Positions 1-10,700 of a DNA stretch of 64,000 nt are shown in pieces; positions within the stretch are counted from its first letter, which is position 1; every line of letters begins with the position of its first letter. Both the position numbers and the translations under genes were made by a program. The notes beneath the pieces are model-generated. The model saw only the letters and a list, made by a program, of their open reading frames with translations. It was not told where the DNA came from and ran no database searches. Origin of the DNA: Candidatus Latescibacterota bacterium (GTDB lineage: Bacteria; Latescibacterota; UBA2968; UBA8231); contig CBDCDC010000001.1 in the NCBI GenBank assembly GCA_965215195.1, forward strand, positions 128,001 to 192,000, written 5' to 3'.

Positions 1-1099
<1,099 letters not shown>

Positions 1100-1138
1100 G
1101 ACTTTGTGTAGCGCACAAGGGGAGGGGAACGGAAACGG

Positions 1139-1169
1139 AAAATATACTATACGGATGTGCAGCGGGCAA
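1139..1169 (-). promoter_or_regulatory. sigma70-like promoter of uvrA (TTGCCC-N17-TATATT) with a LexA-box-like 16-mer in the spacer
   Basis: Minus strand reads TTGCCC GCTGCACATCCGTATAG TATATT; CTGCACATCCGTATAG is one mismatch from CTG-N10-CAG. Confidence 0.6.
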
Positions 1170-1216
1170 AAGTAGTGCTTGGTCCTGCCTTCGTGCGCCC
1201 CGTGCCGCAGCGTCCA

Positions 1217-2068
1217 TCACTCAGACCGCAGGCGGTCCAGTTGTTCGCGCAGGCGTCGTGCTTCCTCTTCGGCGGCGAAGCGGGCTGTGCGCTCGGCGGT
1301 GCGCTCACTTTCGGCGGTGAGGCGGGCTGCGCGTTCAGCGATGCGCTCACTTTCGGCGGCGAGGCGGGCTGTGCGTTCAGCGGCGCGCTCACTTTCGGCG
1401 GCGAGGCGGGCTGTGCGTTCGGCGGCGCACTCACTTTCGGCGGCGAGGCGGCCCTCGGCTTCGTCGTCGTGGGTCAGCAGGTAGCGTTGGGCGGCTGGAT
1501 CGTACCAACGGAGCCGACCGTATTCCCAGCAGAGATCTAGCGCCAGTACGCCGCTGTGGCCCCAGTGCCTATCAGAGTTGCTCCGGGTAATGGGGATGGG
1601 GTGGTACAGGCCGTCGATTAAGCGGTCGCCGGCCAAGTGCGCTTGGTGGTACTCGCCGCCTGTTGGATCAAACCGCCAGTATTCCGGGACGCCATACGTG
1701 GCGTAGCCAGTGCGTTTGCTTGTGTCGTCGCGCTGCCCTGTCGTGTGTGACGCGATTTCCAAAACGAAGTCCGGGGGCTTGCCTTGGTACTCGATGGCGT
1801 AGCCGCGTTGGGCGAGGAGGGCGTCCCGGTCAATGTCGAAGGCGATAAGCAGGTCGGGAACCAGTAGTCCCTCCCGCTGGCCGGTAGTCCAGCCGATGGG
1901 GGCTTCGCTAATGACGATGGTGGTGTCGGGCGCACCCAAGTAGCGGATAAGGGCCGGCAGATAGCCGGGGCTGTGGAGATAGAGGGCATTCTGCATGTCG
2001 TCCCTCGGCGGATAGGCTGGGAAGGAGTTGAGCGGCGACGGCAGGGGGGTAATCGGTTCGGTAGGCAT
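1217..2068 (-). CDS. Uma2/DUF820-family PD-(D/E)xK endonuclease with C-terminal coiled-coil repeats
   Basis: VPDLLIAF...PPDFVLEIAS...GVPEYWRFDP motifs and an E/R/A-rich tail. Confidence 0.9.
   Translation of the reverse strand: MPTEPITPLPSPLNSFPAYPPRDDMQNALYLHSPGYLPALIRYLGAPDTTIVISEAPIGWTTGQREGLLVPDLLIAFDIDRDALLAQRGYAIEYQGKPPDFVLEIASHTTGQRDDTSKRTGYATYGVPEYWRFDPTGGEYHQAHLAGDRLIDGLYHPIPITRSNSDRHWGHSGVLALDLCWEYGRLRWYDPAAQRYLLTHDDEAEGRLAAESECAAERTARLAAESERAAERTARLAAESERIAERAARLTAESERTAERTARFAAEEEARRLREQLDRLRSE
1268..1452. repeat. Coding tandem repeat, 42-bp unit, about 4.4 copies (14 aa, RLAAESERAAERTA)
   Basis: ctcactttcggcgg recurs at 1304, 1346, 1388 and 1430. Confidence 0.95.
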
Positions 2069-2119
2069 CGCGGGCCTCGGGGGAAGGGCGCTAAGACTTG
2101 TAGCGCGTAAGGGGAATCA

Positions 2120-2150
2120 AAAATATACTATACGGATGTGCAGCAGGCAA
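2120..2150 (-). repeat. Second copy of the uvrA promoter block (31 bp, 1 mismatch) upstream of the Uma2 gene
   Basis: aaaatatactatacggatgtgcagc(g/a)ggcaa at 1139-1169 and 2120-2150; tgtagcgcNNaagggga is also shared at 1107 and 2099. Confidence 0.9.
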
Positions 2151-2188
2151 GCGGTGGAGCGTGGGGGTTTTAGCGATGCGTTGAGCTT

Positions 2189-2350
2189 CTAATCGTCGTC
2201 CGAGTCGCCGATTGCAAAGTGAGTCTCGAGGCCGAGGAGGAAACTTCAGATGGGTGAGGAACCATTCTGTCCCGGCACCGCGTTCTGAGTTCCCGACGTG
2301 ATCGGCGGCGTTCAGATGGCGGTGAATTTTTTTAACTTCCGCTCCGTGCT
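2189..2350 (-). pseudogene. Possible frameshifted C-terminal remnant of a GIY-YIG/T5orf172-like protein
   Basis: Across frameshifts the minus strand reads ERKLKK/IHRHLNAADHVGNSERGAGTEWFLTH; H-R..G-x-EWF is typical of T5orf172 C-termini. Confidence 0.3.
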
Positions 2351-2384
2351 AGCGGGAATGCCCTGCCAGACTTCCCTCAGCGTA

Positions 2385-3164
2385 TCAGCCATTTTCCGTG
2401 AATATGTTTTGACGATGATAATGGAGAAAGGCCTCATCTGGCCGAAATTTATCAGGTAACTCTATCAACTTTCCATCATAGCTTTTCAAAGCAGTCGCAA
2501 CAAAATCATCACTCACCCTAAATTCCTTCTTTGACACCCGAACAGTCATATCCTCATTTATCGTGATCATGCCAAGATCAAACGCCTTGTCGTGGAGGAC
2601 GGACAAGGCCAACCCATTCCTTGGGTTGAGTCTATTCGCTGAATCAATACGCCACGGCACAATATGGCTGGCTACTAAGAGTTGCGGAATGGAAAGACCA
2701 GTGATACAGCACCTATAGTTATAGGCACTCAGCACTGAGTTCCTAAAAAAACTCTGGCCCATCCGTGCTTTGTTTTGAACGATCTTCTCCGTGCCACTGT
2801 AATTTTGATATTCAGGTGCGCTTTCGTCGTCCGAATCAGACGACTCGCTGTCTCGCAGAATAGAATTTATAGCACCTGCTGAATCTATCGCAAAGTCTTC
2901 CCAATTATCTTTCATCTCTTTCCACATTTTTCTATCCGCAGTAGATGCACCTGGCAACCCTTTGCGGCCAGTCGAGGTTATCGCCGGATCAAGACTCGCT
3001 ATATTCGATAATTTCATTGCCAGGGCAGACGGCGTTCTCCCAATGAGTTCAGCGAATTTAATGATTTTTGGATTTCGCGCATGGAATTTGCCGAATGGCA
3101 TTTGACAGTACAGTCCGAATGCTACGAGCAACTCCTGTCGCTTCCATCCTCTCCCACTAGACAT
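2385..3164 (-). CDS. HNH endonuclease (putative restriction endonuclease)
   Basis: RMGQSFFRNSVLSAYNYRCCITG...LVASHIVPW...NGLALSVLHDKAFD; clearly lower GC than its flanks. Confidence 0.9.
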   Translation of the reverse strand: MSSGRGWKRQELLVAFGLYCQMPFGKFHARNPKIIKFAELIGRTPSALAMKLSNIASLDPAITSTGRKGLPGASTADRKMWKEMKDNWEDFAIDSAGAINSILRDSESSDSDDESAPEYQNYSGTEKIVQNKARMGQSFFRNSVLSAYNYRCCITGLSIPQLLVASHIVPWRIDSANRLNPRNGLALSVLHDKAFDLGMITINEDMTVRVSKKEFRVSDDFVATALKSYDGKLIELPDKFRPDEAFLHYHRQNIFTENG

Positions 3165-3291
3165 TGCGATCTCCTTGGACTTTGGCTTCTGCTACGTTAG
3201 CGTCCACTTGTGCTGCGGCGGAGCCGATGGCAAGGCCCTACGTGAAATATACGAACCGCTAAACCCCGTCAAGCACGCTCCGCGCCCTCGC

Positions 3292-3320
3292 TTGACGCCC
3301 CGTTTTCACCTGCCTATACT
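3292..3320 (+). promoter_or_regulatory. sigma70 promoter TTGACG-N17-TATACT
   Basis: Near-consensus boxes upstream of the GAGGAG RBS and ATG 3377. Confidence 0.65.
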
Positions 3321-3376
3321 AGCCCCTCGGTAATCCAGTAAAATCAATTGTTTATCACCCAAGAGGAGTTGCTAAA

Positions 3377-4177
3377 ATGATTCATTTAGGGGCCAATTCA
3401 GTGCTCTTTGCAGGATTCGATCTGGAAACGGCGATGCGCCATATTCACCTCGCTGGCTACGACGGCGTCGAGCTTTCGGCCATCAAGGGCATGTGCGAAC
3501 ACTTGCAGTTGGACAACTGGCAGGCGCAGGCCAACCAAATCAAAGAGCTAGCGGAAGAATACGAGCTAAAATTGCTGGCTATGGAAGAAGCCGCGCTCGA
3601 CGAAGAGCGCCTGATGCTGGCGTTTGCGGCGGGCGCTGAAATTGGCATTCCCGTCGTCAACGTCGGCCCGGGGGGCCAAAGCGATGTGGAGGAAAATTTC
3701 GACCGGCAGGTCGCGCTGCTGGCCAAAATGGCCGATAGGGCGCACGAACACGGGGTGACCCTGTGCGCCAAGGCGCACGTGGGGCAGTGCATCTACGATA
3801 CGCCGACCACGTTGCGGGCGATGGAGCGGATCGACTCGCCGGGGTTTGGGGTGGATATGGATCCGAGCCACATCCATCGGGCGGGGGAGAATGCGGTAGA
3901 GGCCCTAGCGGCGGTTATCTCGCGAGTCAAGCACGTGCATATTCGGGATTGCGCCGTGGCAGAAGGCGGGCCGGGTGCGCCGGAGTTGCAAGCGTGTGGG
4001 CGGGGCAATATCGATTTGTTCGGGTACGTCAAGGTGTTGCACGAATCGGGACTAGACGTGGCGGCCAGCTTGGAAGTGATTGGCGCCAAGGAGTACAGCT
4101 TGGGACAGGTGGCGACGATTGCAGCGGAGAGCCGGGGGTATTTGAACGCCTGTTTGCGAGCTTGCGGTGCCCGTTAA
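3377..4177 (+). CDS. Sugar phosphate isomerase/epimerase (xylose-isomerase-like TIM barrel)
   Basis: GYDGVEL, DMDPSH, HVHIRD, GRGNID and SLE motifs. Confidence 0.85.
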   Translation: MIHLGANSVLFAGFDLETAMRHIHLAGYDGVELSAIKGMCEHLQLDNWQAQANQIKELAEEYELKLLAMEEAALDEERLMLAFAAGAEIGIPVVNVGPGGQSDVEENFDRQVALLAKMADRAHEHGVTLCAKAHVGQCIYDTPTTLRAMERIDSPGFGVDMDPSHIHRAGENAVEALAAVISRVKHVHIRDCAVAEGGPGAPELQACGRGNIDLFGYVKVLHESGLDVAASLEVIGAKEYSLGQVATIAAESRGYLNACLRACGAR

Positions 4178-4754
4178 ACGCGCCTTCGTCGCCGTCCAGC
4201 TACCGGCCGGGCTGGGCGAGCTGAGCGATGCGCTGCGACCGTTGTGGCCGGTGCGCGGTGTGGCTTGGGTGCGGCCGGAGAATCTCCATTTGACGCTGCG
4301 CTTTCTCGGGGCGGCCGAGGACGCACAAATCGCCGCGCTGAGGCAGGGACTGACGGCGCTTGCCGCCCGGCACGAGGGGTTTACTGCGGCTATACGGCAA
4401 AGCGGCTGCTTTCCCAATCGCCGCCGACCGAAGCTCATTTGGGCCGGCGTGGCGGACGCGGACGGACGATTGGGCGCGTTGCAACGGGATGTTGAAGCAG
4501 TGGTGTGCGCTGCTGGTTGGGCGCCGGAGGAACGGGCCTTCCGCCCGCACGTGACGCTGGGTCGGGTGCGGCCGGGGGTGCGGCCGCCAAGCAGCAAGTG
4601 GAGCGGCGACCTGCCGCGGTTGCAGGTTCCGGTGGAGGCAGTGGAACTCATCGAAAGCATCCTCAAGCCAACCGGGGCTGTGCATCGGCCCCTGCACCGA
4701 GCCGAGCTTGCAAAAGACAGTGATCAGTCCCCGTCCCCACTACCCTTGGGTTGA
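4167..4754 (+). CDS. thpR: RNA 2',3'-cyclic phosphodiesterase (2H family)
   Basis: RAFVAV N-terminus and two HxT motifs (NLHLTL, PHVTL). Confidence 0.9.
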   Translation: MPVKRAFVAVQLPAGLGELSDALRPLWPVRGVAWVRPENLHLTLRFLGAAEDAQIAALRQGLTALAARHEGFTAAIRQSGCFPNRRRPKLIWAGVADADGRLGALQRDVEAVVCAAGWAPEERAFRPHVTLGRVRPGVRPPSSKWSGDLPRLQVPVEAVELIESILKPTGAVHRPLHRAELAKDSDQSPSPLPLG

Positions 4755-4761
4755 GACTAAC

Positions 4762-4884
4762 TAGAAGCTGTTTCAAAACTAGCGTCGGGCCGCATCATTC
4801 GCATGGAGCGTTTTTCATTGGGCGAGACGCCCTTGAGCCGACGCTTTTTTTCCTGCGTACCCCAGCGTTTTGGGACCACTTCTA
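4762..4884. mobile_element. Putative MITE-like element with imperfect 18-bp terminal inverted repeats
   Basis: TAGAAGCTGTTTCAAAAC (4762-4779) vs GTTTTGGGACCACTTCTA (4867-4884), 14/18 complementary; internal IR agcgtcgg/ccgacgct. Confidence 0.45.
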
Positions 4885-4908
4885 ACCACTAATTGTAAAG
4901 GAATTTCC

Positions 4909-5670
4909 ATGCCCGGCCGACCCTACATTCTCGCCGAGACCAATTGGCAGACCGTGGCGCAAACCCCTTACGAGGTGGCGATCCTCCCGTGGGGGGCTAC
5001 GGAAGCCCACAATTACCACCTGCCCTATTCGACCGACGTGGTGCAGTGCGACGAAATCGCCGCGGCCGCGGCCCGCATCGCTTGGGAGCAGCACGCCAAG
5101 GTCATCGTCTTGCCGACCGTGCCCTTTGGCGTCAACACCGGCCAACTCGACATCAAGCTGGACCTCAATCTCAATCCCTCAACTCAGTTCGCTGTCCTGC
5201 AGGACTTGGTCGAGGCGCTCGCCCATCAGGGCATTCCCAAACTGCTCATTGTAAACGGCCACGGCGGCAACGACTTCAAGCAGATGGTGCGGGAGCTTTT
5301 GCCGCGCTATGCGATTTTTATTTGCTGCACGGATTGGTACGGCATCGTCGATACGGGGCTTTTCGCGGCCGGCGGCGACCACGCCAACGAAATGGAAACC
5401 AGCCTCATGCAATACTTGCGGCCGGATTGGGTCTTGCCCCTGTCGGAGGCTGGCAGCGGTCGCGAGCACAAGTTTAAGCTCGCCGCGCTGCGGGAAGGCT
5501 GGGTCTGGACCCAGCGCGACTGGACGCAGGCGACCGACGACACCGGCATCGGCGACCCGCGCCAAGCCACCCCGGAAAAGGGCCGTCGCTGCTTGGAGCA
5601 AGTGGCCGCGCAACTCGCCGGATTTTTGGTCGAGCTAGCGGCCGCCGATCTAGACGACCTCTACGAATAG
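4909..5670 (+). CDS. Creatininase-family amidohydrolase
   Basis: GATEAHNYHLP...D, NGHGGN and DHANEMETS metal motifs; start set at MPGRPY. Confidence 0.9.
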   Translation: MPGRPYILAETNWQTVAQTPYEVAILPWGATEAHNYHLPYSTDVVQCDEIAAAAARIAWEQHAKVIVLPTVPFGVNTGQLDIKLDLNLNPSTQFAVLQDLVEALAHQGIPKLLIVNGHGGNDFKQMVRELLPRYAIFICCTDWYGIVDTGLFAAGGDHANEMETSLMQYLRPDWVLPLSEAGSGREHKFKLAALREGWVWTQRDWTQATDDTGIGDPRQATPEKGRRCLEQVAAQLAGFLVELAAADLDDLYE

Positions 5671-5674
5671 GGCC

Positions 5675-6733
5675 ATGCAGTTCTACGCTTTCGTCGCCCC
5701 CGGGCTAGAGGAGATCGCCCAACGAGAAATCGCCGCGCGCTTTGGGGGCCGGCCGCAGGGTCAGCAGCGCGGCGTAGTGTTCTTTGCGACGGACGCCCCG
5801 CCGCAAGCCTTGCTCGGGTTGGGGACGACCGAGGATGTATTCGCGCTGGTGGCTCGCGGTCCGGTGCCTGCGGCGCGCGAAGGCTTGGCGCAGGCCGGCG
5901 CACTCGTGGCCGAGTCGCCGCTTTTTGCGGACGCCGTGGGCGCGCAGCGCCGCGCTCGCCCCAAGCGGATCAAGCGCATCACCTACCGGATCGTGGCCCA
6001 GCGCCGCAGCGGGCAGCAGCACTATGCGCGCCAAGAGATGCGCCGCGCCTTGCAACGGGCCGTAGCGTGGCGCTTCCCGCGCTGGAAGTACGTGGCCGAG
6101 CACGCGCTGTTGGAGGTGTGGGGCTTGGAGGCCGCGGGCGAGCTGCTGTGCGGGGTGCGCCTTTCCGACGAGACCATGCGCCACCGCACCTACAAGGTCG
6201 CGCAAGTGGAGGCTTCGCTGCGGCCGACAGTGGCGCGGGCCTTAGTGATGCTATCCGAACCAGCGGACGGCGACGTCTTTCTCGACCCCATGTGCGGGGC
6301 CGGGACCATCCTCATCGAGCGGGGACTGTCCGGCCGCTACGCCCAGCTCTTGGGCGGCGACATTCACCCGGCCGCTGTGGCTGCTGTCCGCACGAACATC
6401 GGCCCGCGCTACAAGCCAATCGCCATCCGCCAATGGGATGCGCGGGATTTGCCCTTGGGCGACGGCAGCGTCGATCGGGTGGTGTGCAACCTGCCCTTTG
6501 GCAAAAAGATCGGCGAGCCGCAAGCGCTGCGCCCGCTCTACGAGGGCTTTGCCCGCGAGGTGACAAGAGTGCTAAAGGCCGGTGGAGTAGCCGTGTGCCT
6601 GACTAGCGAGCGCGCCCTGCTGGCCGAAGCATTCGGCGCGTGGCCGGATCTGTACATGGAGCGCGTGTATCCGGTTGAGGTGCTGGGGCAACGGGCGTTT
6701 TGTTGCAAATTGAAGAAACTCCCTGATCGTTAG
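5675..6733 (+). CDS. THUMP-domain RNA methyltransferase (Trm14/RlmL-like)
   Basis: PGLEEIA N-terminus, DPMCGAGT SAM motif, NLPFG motif. Confidence 0.85.
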   Translation: MQFYAFVAPGLEEIAQREIAARFGGRPQGQQRGVVFFATDAPPQALLGLGTTEDVFALVARGPVPAAREGLAQAGALVAESPLFADAVGAQRRARPKRIKRITYRIVAQRRSGQQHYARQEMRRALQRAVAWRFPRWKYVAEHALLEVWGLEAAGELLCGVRLSDETMRHRTYKVAQVEASLRPTVARALVMLSEPADGDVFLDPMCGAGTILIERGLSGRYAQLLGGDIHPAAVAAVRTNIGPRYKPIAIRQWDARDLPLGDGSVDRVVCNLPFGKKIGEPQALRPLYEGFAREVTRVLKAGGVAVCLTSERALLAEAFGAWPDLYMERVYPVEVLGQRAFCCKLKKLPDR

Positions 6734-6777
6734 ATCGGCGCATGAAACATTAACATTACAAACACGAGGAGATTGTC

Positions 6778-7566
6778 ATGGCTGATTTTACGGGCCAAGT
6801 AGTAATCGTAACCGGCGGTGCCAAGGGCATTGGCGCGGGGATTTCGCGGGCGTTCGCTGGCCAAGGGGCGCAGGTGGCAGCGTTGGACATAGACGCGGAG
6901 GCTGGCGCGGCCTTGGCCGCGGCAGAGGACCCGATCCGCTTTTTTGAGGCCGACGTGGCCAGCGACGCGGTCTGCGCCCAGACTGTGGGACAGATCATCG
7001 ACGATTGGGGCCGCATCGACGTGTTGTGCAACAACGTCGGCATCCAGCCCGTGCCCAGCTATCTGCCGGCCCACGAGCTGCCGGTGGAAATGTGGGACCG
7101 GATCATCGACGTCAACCTGAAGAGCTTCTTCCTCATGGCTAGGCACTGCCTGCCGCAGATGATGGAGCAGCGCAAGGGGGTCATCATCAACACGGCCAGC
7201 GTCCAGGGCTTGCAGTCGGCGTCAATGGTTTCGGCCTATGCCGCCAGCAAGGGCGGGATTATCTCGCTGACGCGGCAGCTCGCGCTCGACTACGCCCAGT
7301 ACGGGATTCGGGTTTTGGCGGTCAACCCAGGGGGCATTCAGACGCCGTTAGTCGATGAGGTGATCGAGGCATTCGGCCACGAGCGCGAGCAATTCTTCAA
7401 GGACTACGCCAAGATCCATCCGATTGGCCGCTACGGCCAGCCCGAGGACATTGCCAACGCCATGCTGTTCTTAGCCAGCGACAAGGCATCGTTTATGACC
7501 GGCGAAAACGTCTGCGTCGATGGCGGGCTGATGGCTAAGGGGGCGTGGGCTGAGGTCGAGGAGTGA
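6778..7566 (+). CDS. SDR-family oxidoreductase
   Basis: TGGAKGIG, NNVG, YAASK. Confidence 0.95.
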   Translation: MADFTGQVVIVTGGAKGIGAGISRAFAGQGAQVAALDIDAEAGAALAAAEDPIRFFEADVASDAVCAQTVGQIIDDWGRIDVLCNNVGIQPVPSYLPAHELPVEMWDRIIDVNLKSFFLMARHCLPQMMEQRKGVIINTASVQGLQSASMVSAYAASKGGIISLTRQLALDYAQYGIRVLAVNPGGIQTPLVDEVIEAFGHEREQFFKDYAKIHPIGRYGQPEDIANAMLFLASDKASFMTGENVCVDGGLMAKGAWAEVEE

Positions 7567-7580
7567 GAAAGCCGGGGGCG

Positions 7581-7727
7581 TTAGACTGCGACGACCCGCT
7601 GGTGCCCCTGGGCGTCTTCCGCTGGCGTAATGTGAATCTCGACATTGCGATTGAGCCGGTTCAGAAATGCAAACAGCCGTTCTACGCTGAAACGGTCAAA
7701 ATCCCCATTCTTCAGGCGCGACACGTC
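7581..7727 (-). pseudogene. 5'-truncated XRE/HTH (HigA-like) antitoxin fragment
   Basis: Minus strand DVSRLKNGDFDRFSVERLFAFLNRLNRNVEIHITP...*; an in-frame TAG lies directly upstream and there is no start. Confidence 0.6.
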
Positions 7728-7781
7728 CTATGACTGATCACGGCGCAGAAGTCAACGCTTTTTCAGTTCAGAGGAACTGAT

Positions 7782-10700
7782 ATGCCCGGCCAATTGTTCA
7801 CCCATTATTTTTTGACCGACGGCATAAAGGCTACGGCTGAGTGGCAAGCGTCTCTCGCCCAGCCGGAGGCGTTTGCCGCGTTCAGAGATGGCGTTGCCCG
7901 GCAGCACGATGCTCTCAGCCGTTCCCAAGATCCCAACGAAGCTGTCACCGAGCAGGACTTGATCCGTCCGGTTTTGGAGTTGCTCGGCTGGGCTGATTAT
8001 TTGCCGCAGCAGGGCGTAGCGCGCAACGAGGATATTCCCGACCATCTGCTTTTCGCCGACGCCGACGCCAAGCAACGCGCCGCGGCCGAGCGCAATGCCG
8101 GAGATCGCTTTCGCTACGCGACAGTGGTCGAAGAGAGCAAGCGCTTTGGGCTTTCTCTTGACAGCCGGGACCAGAGCGACCGGGCGCAGCGTGGGACGCC
8201 GCACGGCCAAATTCTCCGATACTTGGCGACGGCTGAGATTGAGTCGGAGGGGCGCATTCGCTGGGGCATTCTCACCAATGGCGGCGTCTGGCGGCTCTAC
8301 GATTACTGCGCCCGGCCGCGTACCAGCGGCTATTTTGAAGCCGACCTGACCGCACTGCTCGCGCCCGGCAACGAAGACGAGCTCCGCGTCTTTCATTTGT
8401 TGTTCCGCCGCGAGTCCTTCGCGCTCCGGGACGGGGCCACGACCACGTTCCTCGAAGCGGCGTTGGCCGAGGGCCGCCGCTATGAGGAACAGGTCGCGCA
8501 GGACCTTTCGGGGGTGGTGTTTGAGCGCGTGTTTCCAAATCTCGTCAATGCGCTGGCCAAGGAGCGAGGAGGAAGCCTTGCCGAGAGCCGAGATGCGGCG
8601 CTGATCTTCCTCTATCGCTTGCTGTTTGTGCTCTACGCCGAAGACCGGGGCTTGCTGCCGGTCAACGATGCGCGGTACGACGACTATGGTTTGCGAAAGC
8701 GAGTGCGGGATGATGTCGCCCGGAGGATGGACCAGCAAGACACGTTTTCCAATCTGGCGACCAACTACTACGACCACCTGACGACCCTGTTCAAGCTCAT
8801 TGACAAGGGCGATGAGTCCATTGGTTTGCCACCCTACAACGGCGGGCTGTTCGCGACGGAAGCGGCTCCATTGCTTGAAAAGGTCCGCTTGGCTGACAAA
8901 GACATCGCGCCCATCATCCATGATCTGAGCCACGCAAAGGACCCGCAGGGCGTGCGCCGCTTCGTCAACTACCGCGACATGTCCGTGCAGCAGCTTGGCT
9001 CGATTTACGAGCGCCTGCTGGAGCGCGAGCCGGTGCGCGATGAGGGCAAAATTTCCATTCGTCCCAACCCGTATGCCCGCAAGGACAGCGGCAGTTTCTA
9101 TACCTCCCAAGAACTCGTCGATCTGATCGTCGAGCGGACCTTGAAGCCGCTGGCCGAAGAGCGGCTCAACGCCTTTAAGGAAAAAGCTGCCGCGCTCAAA
9201 AGCGCCCGCCGCTCCAAGGAGGAACGCCGGGCCGAGCTCGAGCAGTTCGACCCGGCCGAGGCTGTCTTGGACCTGAAGGTGCTGGACCCGGCCATGGGCA
9301 GCGGCCACTTCCTCGTCACGGCGGTGGACTTTCTGTCGGACTATATCGCCGAGTTAATCGAGCGCGTCCCCGCGGTTCCGAAATGGCTTGACGGCGAGTA
9401 CGCGTCGCCGCTGGTGGGGCGCGTGGCGGCGATTCGGGATGACATTCGCAAACGGGCCGCCGCATCGAACTGGGTCTTGGACGAGGCTCAGCTTACCGAC
9501 CAAGCCATTATCCGCCGCATGGTGCTCAAGCGCTGCATTTACGGGGTCGATAAGAATCGCCTGACGGTCGAGTTGGCCAAGGTGTCGCTGTGGCTGCACA
9601 GCTTTACGGTGGGCGCACCGCTGTCTTTCCTCGACCACCACTTGCGCTGCGGCGACTCGCTGGTCGGGCTGCGGGTGCGGGACGCCACGGATGAGTTGCA
9701 TCGGCTCGGCGGGATGTTTGCCGGTAGCGCCATTGCCGGGGCGGAGACGGCCACCGACGGGATGCAGCGCATCGAGGAGATGTCCGACGCCGACGTTTCC
9801 GAGGTGCAGGCGTCGGCCGCGCTGTTCGACGGGGTGGAGGAGACGACCGCCGACCTGCGCGGCTTGCTCGATTTTTTGTGCGGCTGGCGTTGGCGGATGG
9901 CGGGCATGAAGAAGAAAGAACGCGACGAATTTGAGGGGCCGCTGGTTGCGACGCTCGGCCAGCATACGGCGGATGCGTATCGGCTGCTGGCACGCGGGCC
10001 GGCGGAAATGGGCGTCTCCGAGGCCACGCGGTTTGCCGAATTGTGGCGCACGGCGCGAGCCATTGCCGACCGGGAGGGTTTCCTGCATTGGGAGGTGGCC
10101 TTTCCCGGGGTGTGGCATCGGTGGCAGGAAAGTCGTCCGCAAGGCGGCTTTGACGCGGTCATCGGCAATCCGCCGTGGGATCGCATCAAGCTGCAAGAGG
10201 TTGAGTGGTTTGCTACTCGCGCCCCGGAACTCGCTCTCGCACCGACAGCAGCGGCGCGGCGAAAGGGCATTCAGCGGCTGCGCGATCAGGGAGCACCCCT
10301 TGCGGCCGAGTTCGACGCGGCCAAGTCGCAGTCCGAAAGTCTGAGTCAAATGGTGCGCTCCGGTGGCGACTATCCGTTGCTCGGCGGCGGCGACATCAAT
10401 CTGTATTCGCTGTTCGTGGAAAGGGCCATGAGCCTGATTAAGCCCGATGGCTTTGTCGGCTTGCTGACGCCGTCGGGCATTTACGCGGACAAGACAGCGG
10501 CTAAGTTCTTCAAGGCCGTTTCCACCAAAGGCCGGGTGGGCGGTCTGTTTGATTTTGAGAACAAGAAAATTTTCTTCAAGGACATCCACGCTTCGTTCAA
10601 ATTCTGCGCTCTCATCTTAGGTGGCGAGGAGCGACGATTCAGAAAGACCAAGTGCGCCTTTTTCCTGCACGACACGAAAACGATCTATGACGAGGACCGC

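Noticed and set aside
1268-1452. CRISPR array
   Set aside because: The repeats are contiguous, in-frame and coding, with no unique spacers and no cas genes.
7752-10589. Long antisense ORFs (518, 411 and 243 aa) opposite the IIG gene, and similar shadow ORFs elsewhere
   Set aside because: These are typical high-GC shadow frames with no motifs; the opposite strand carries clear family signatures.
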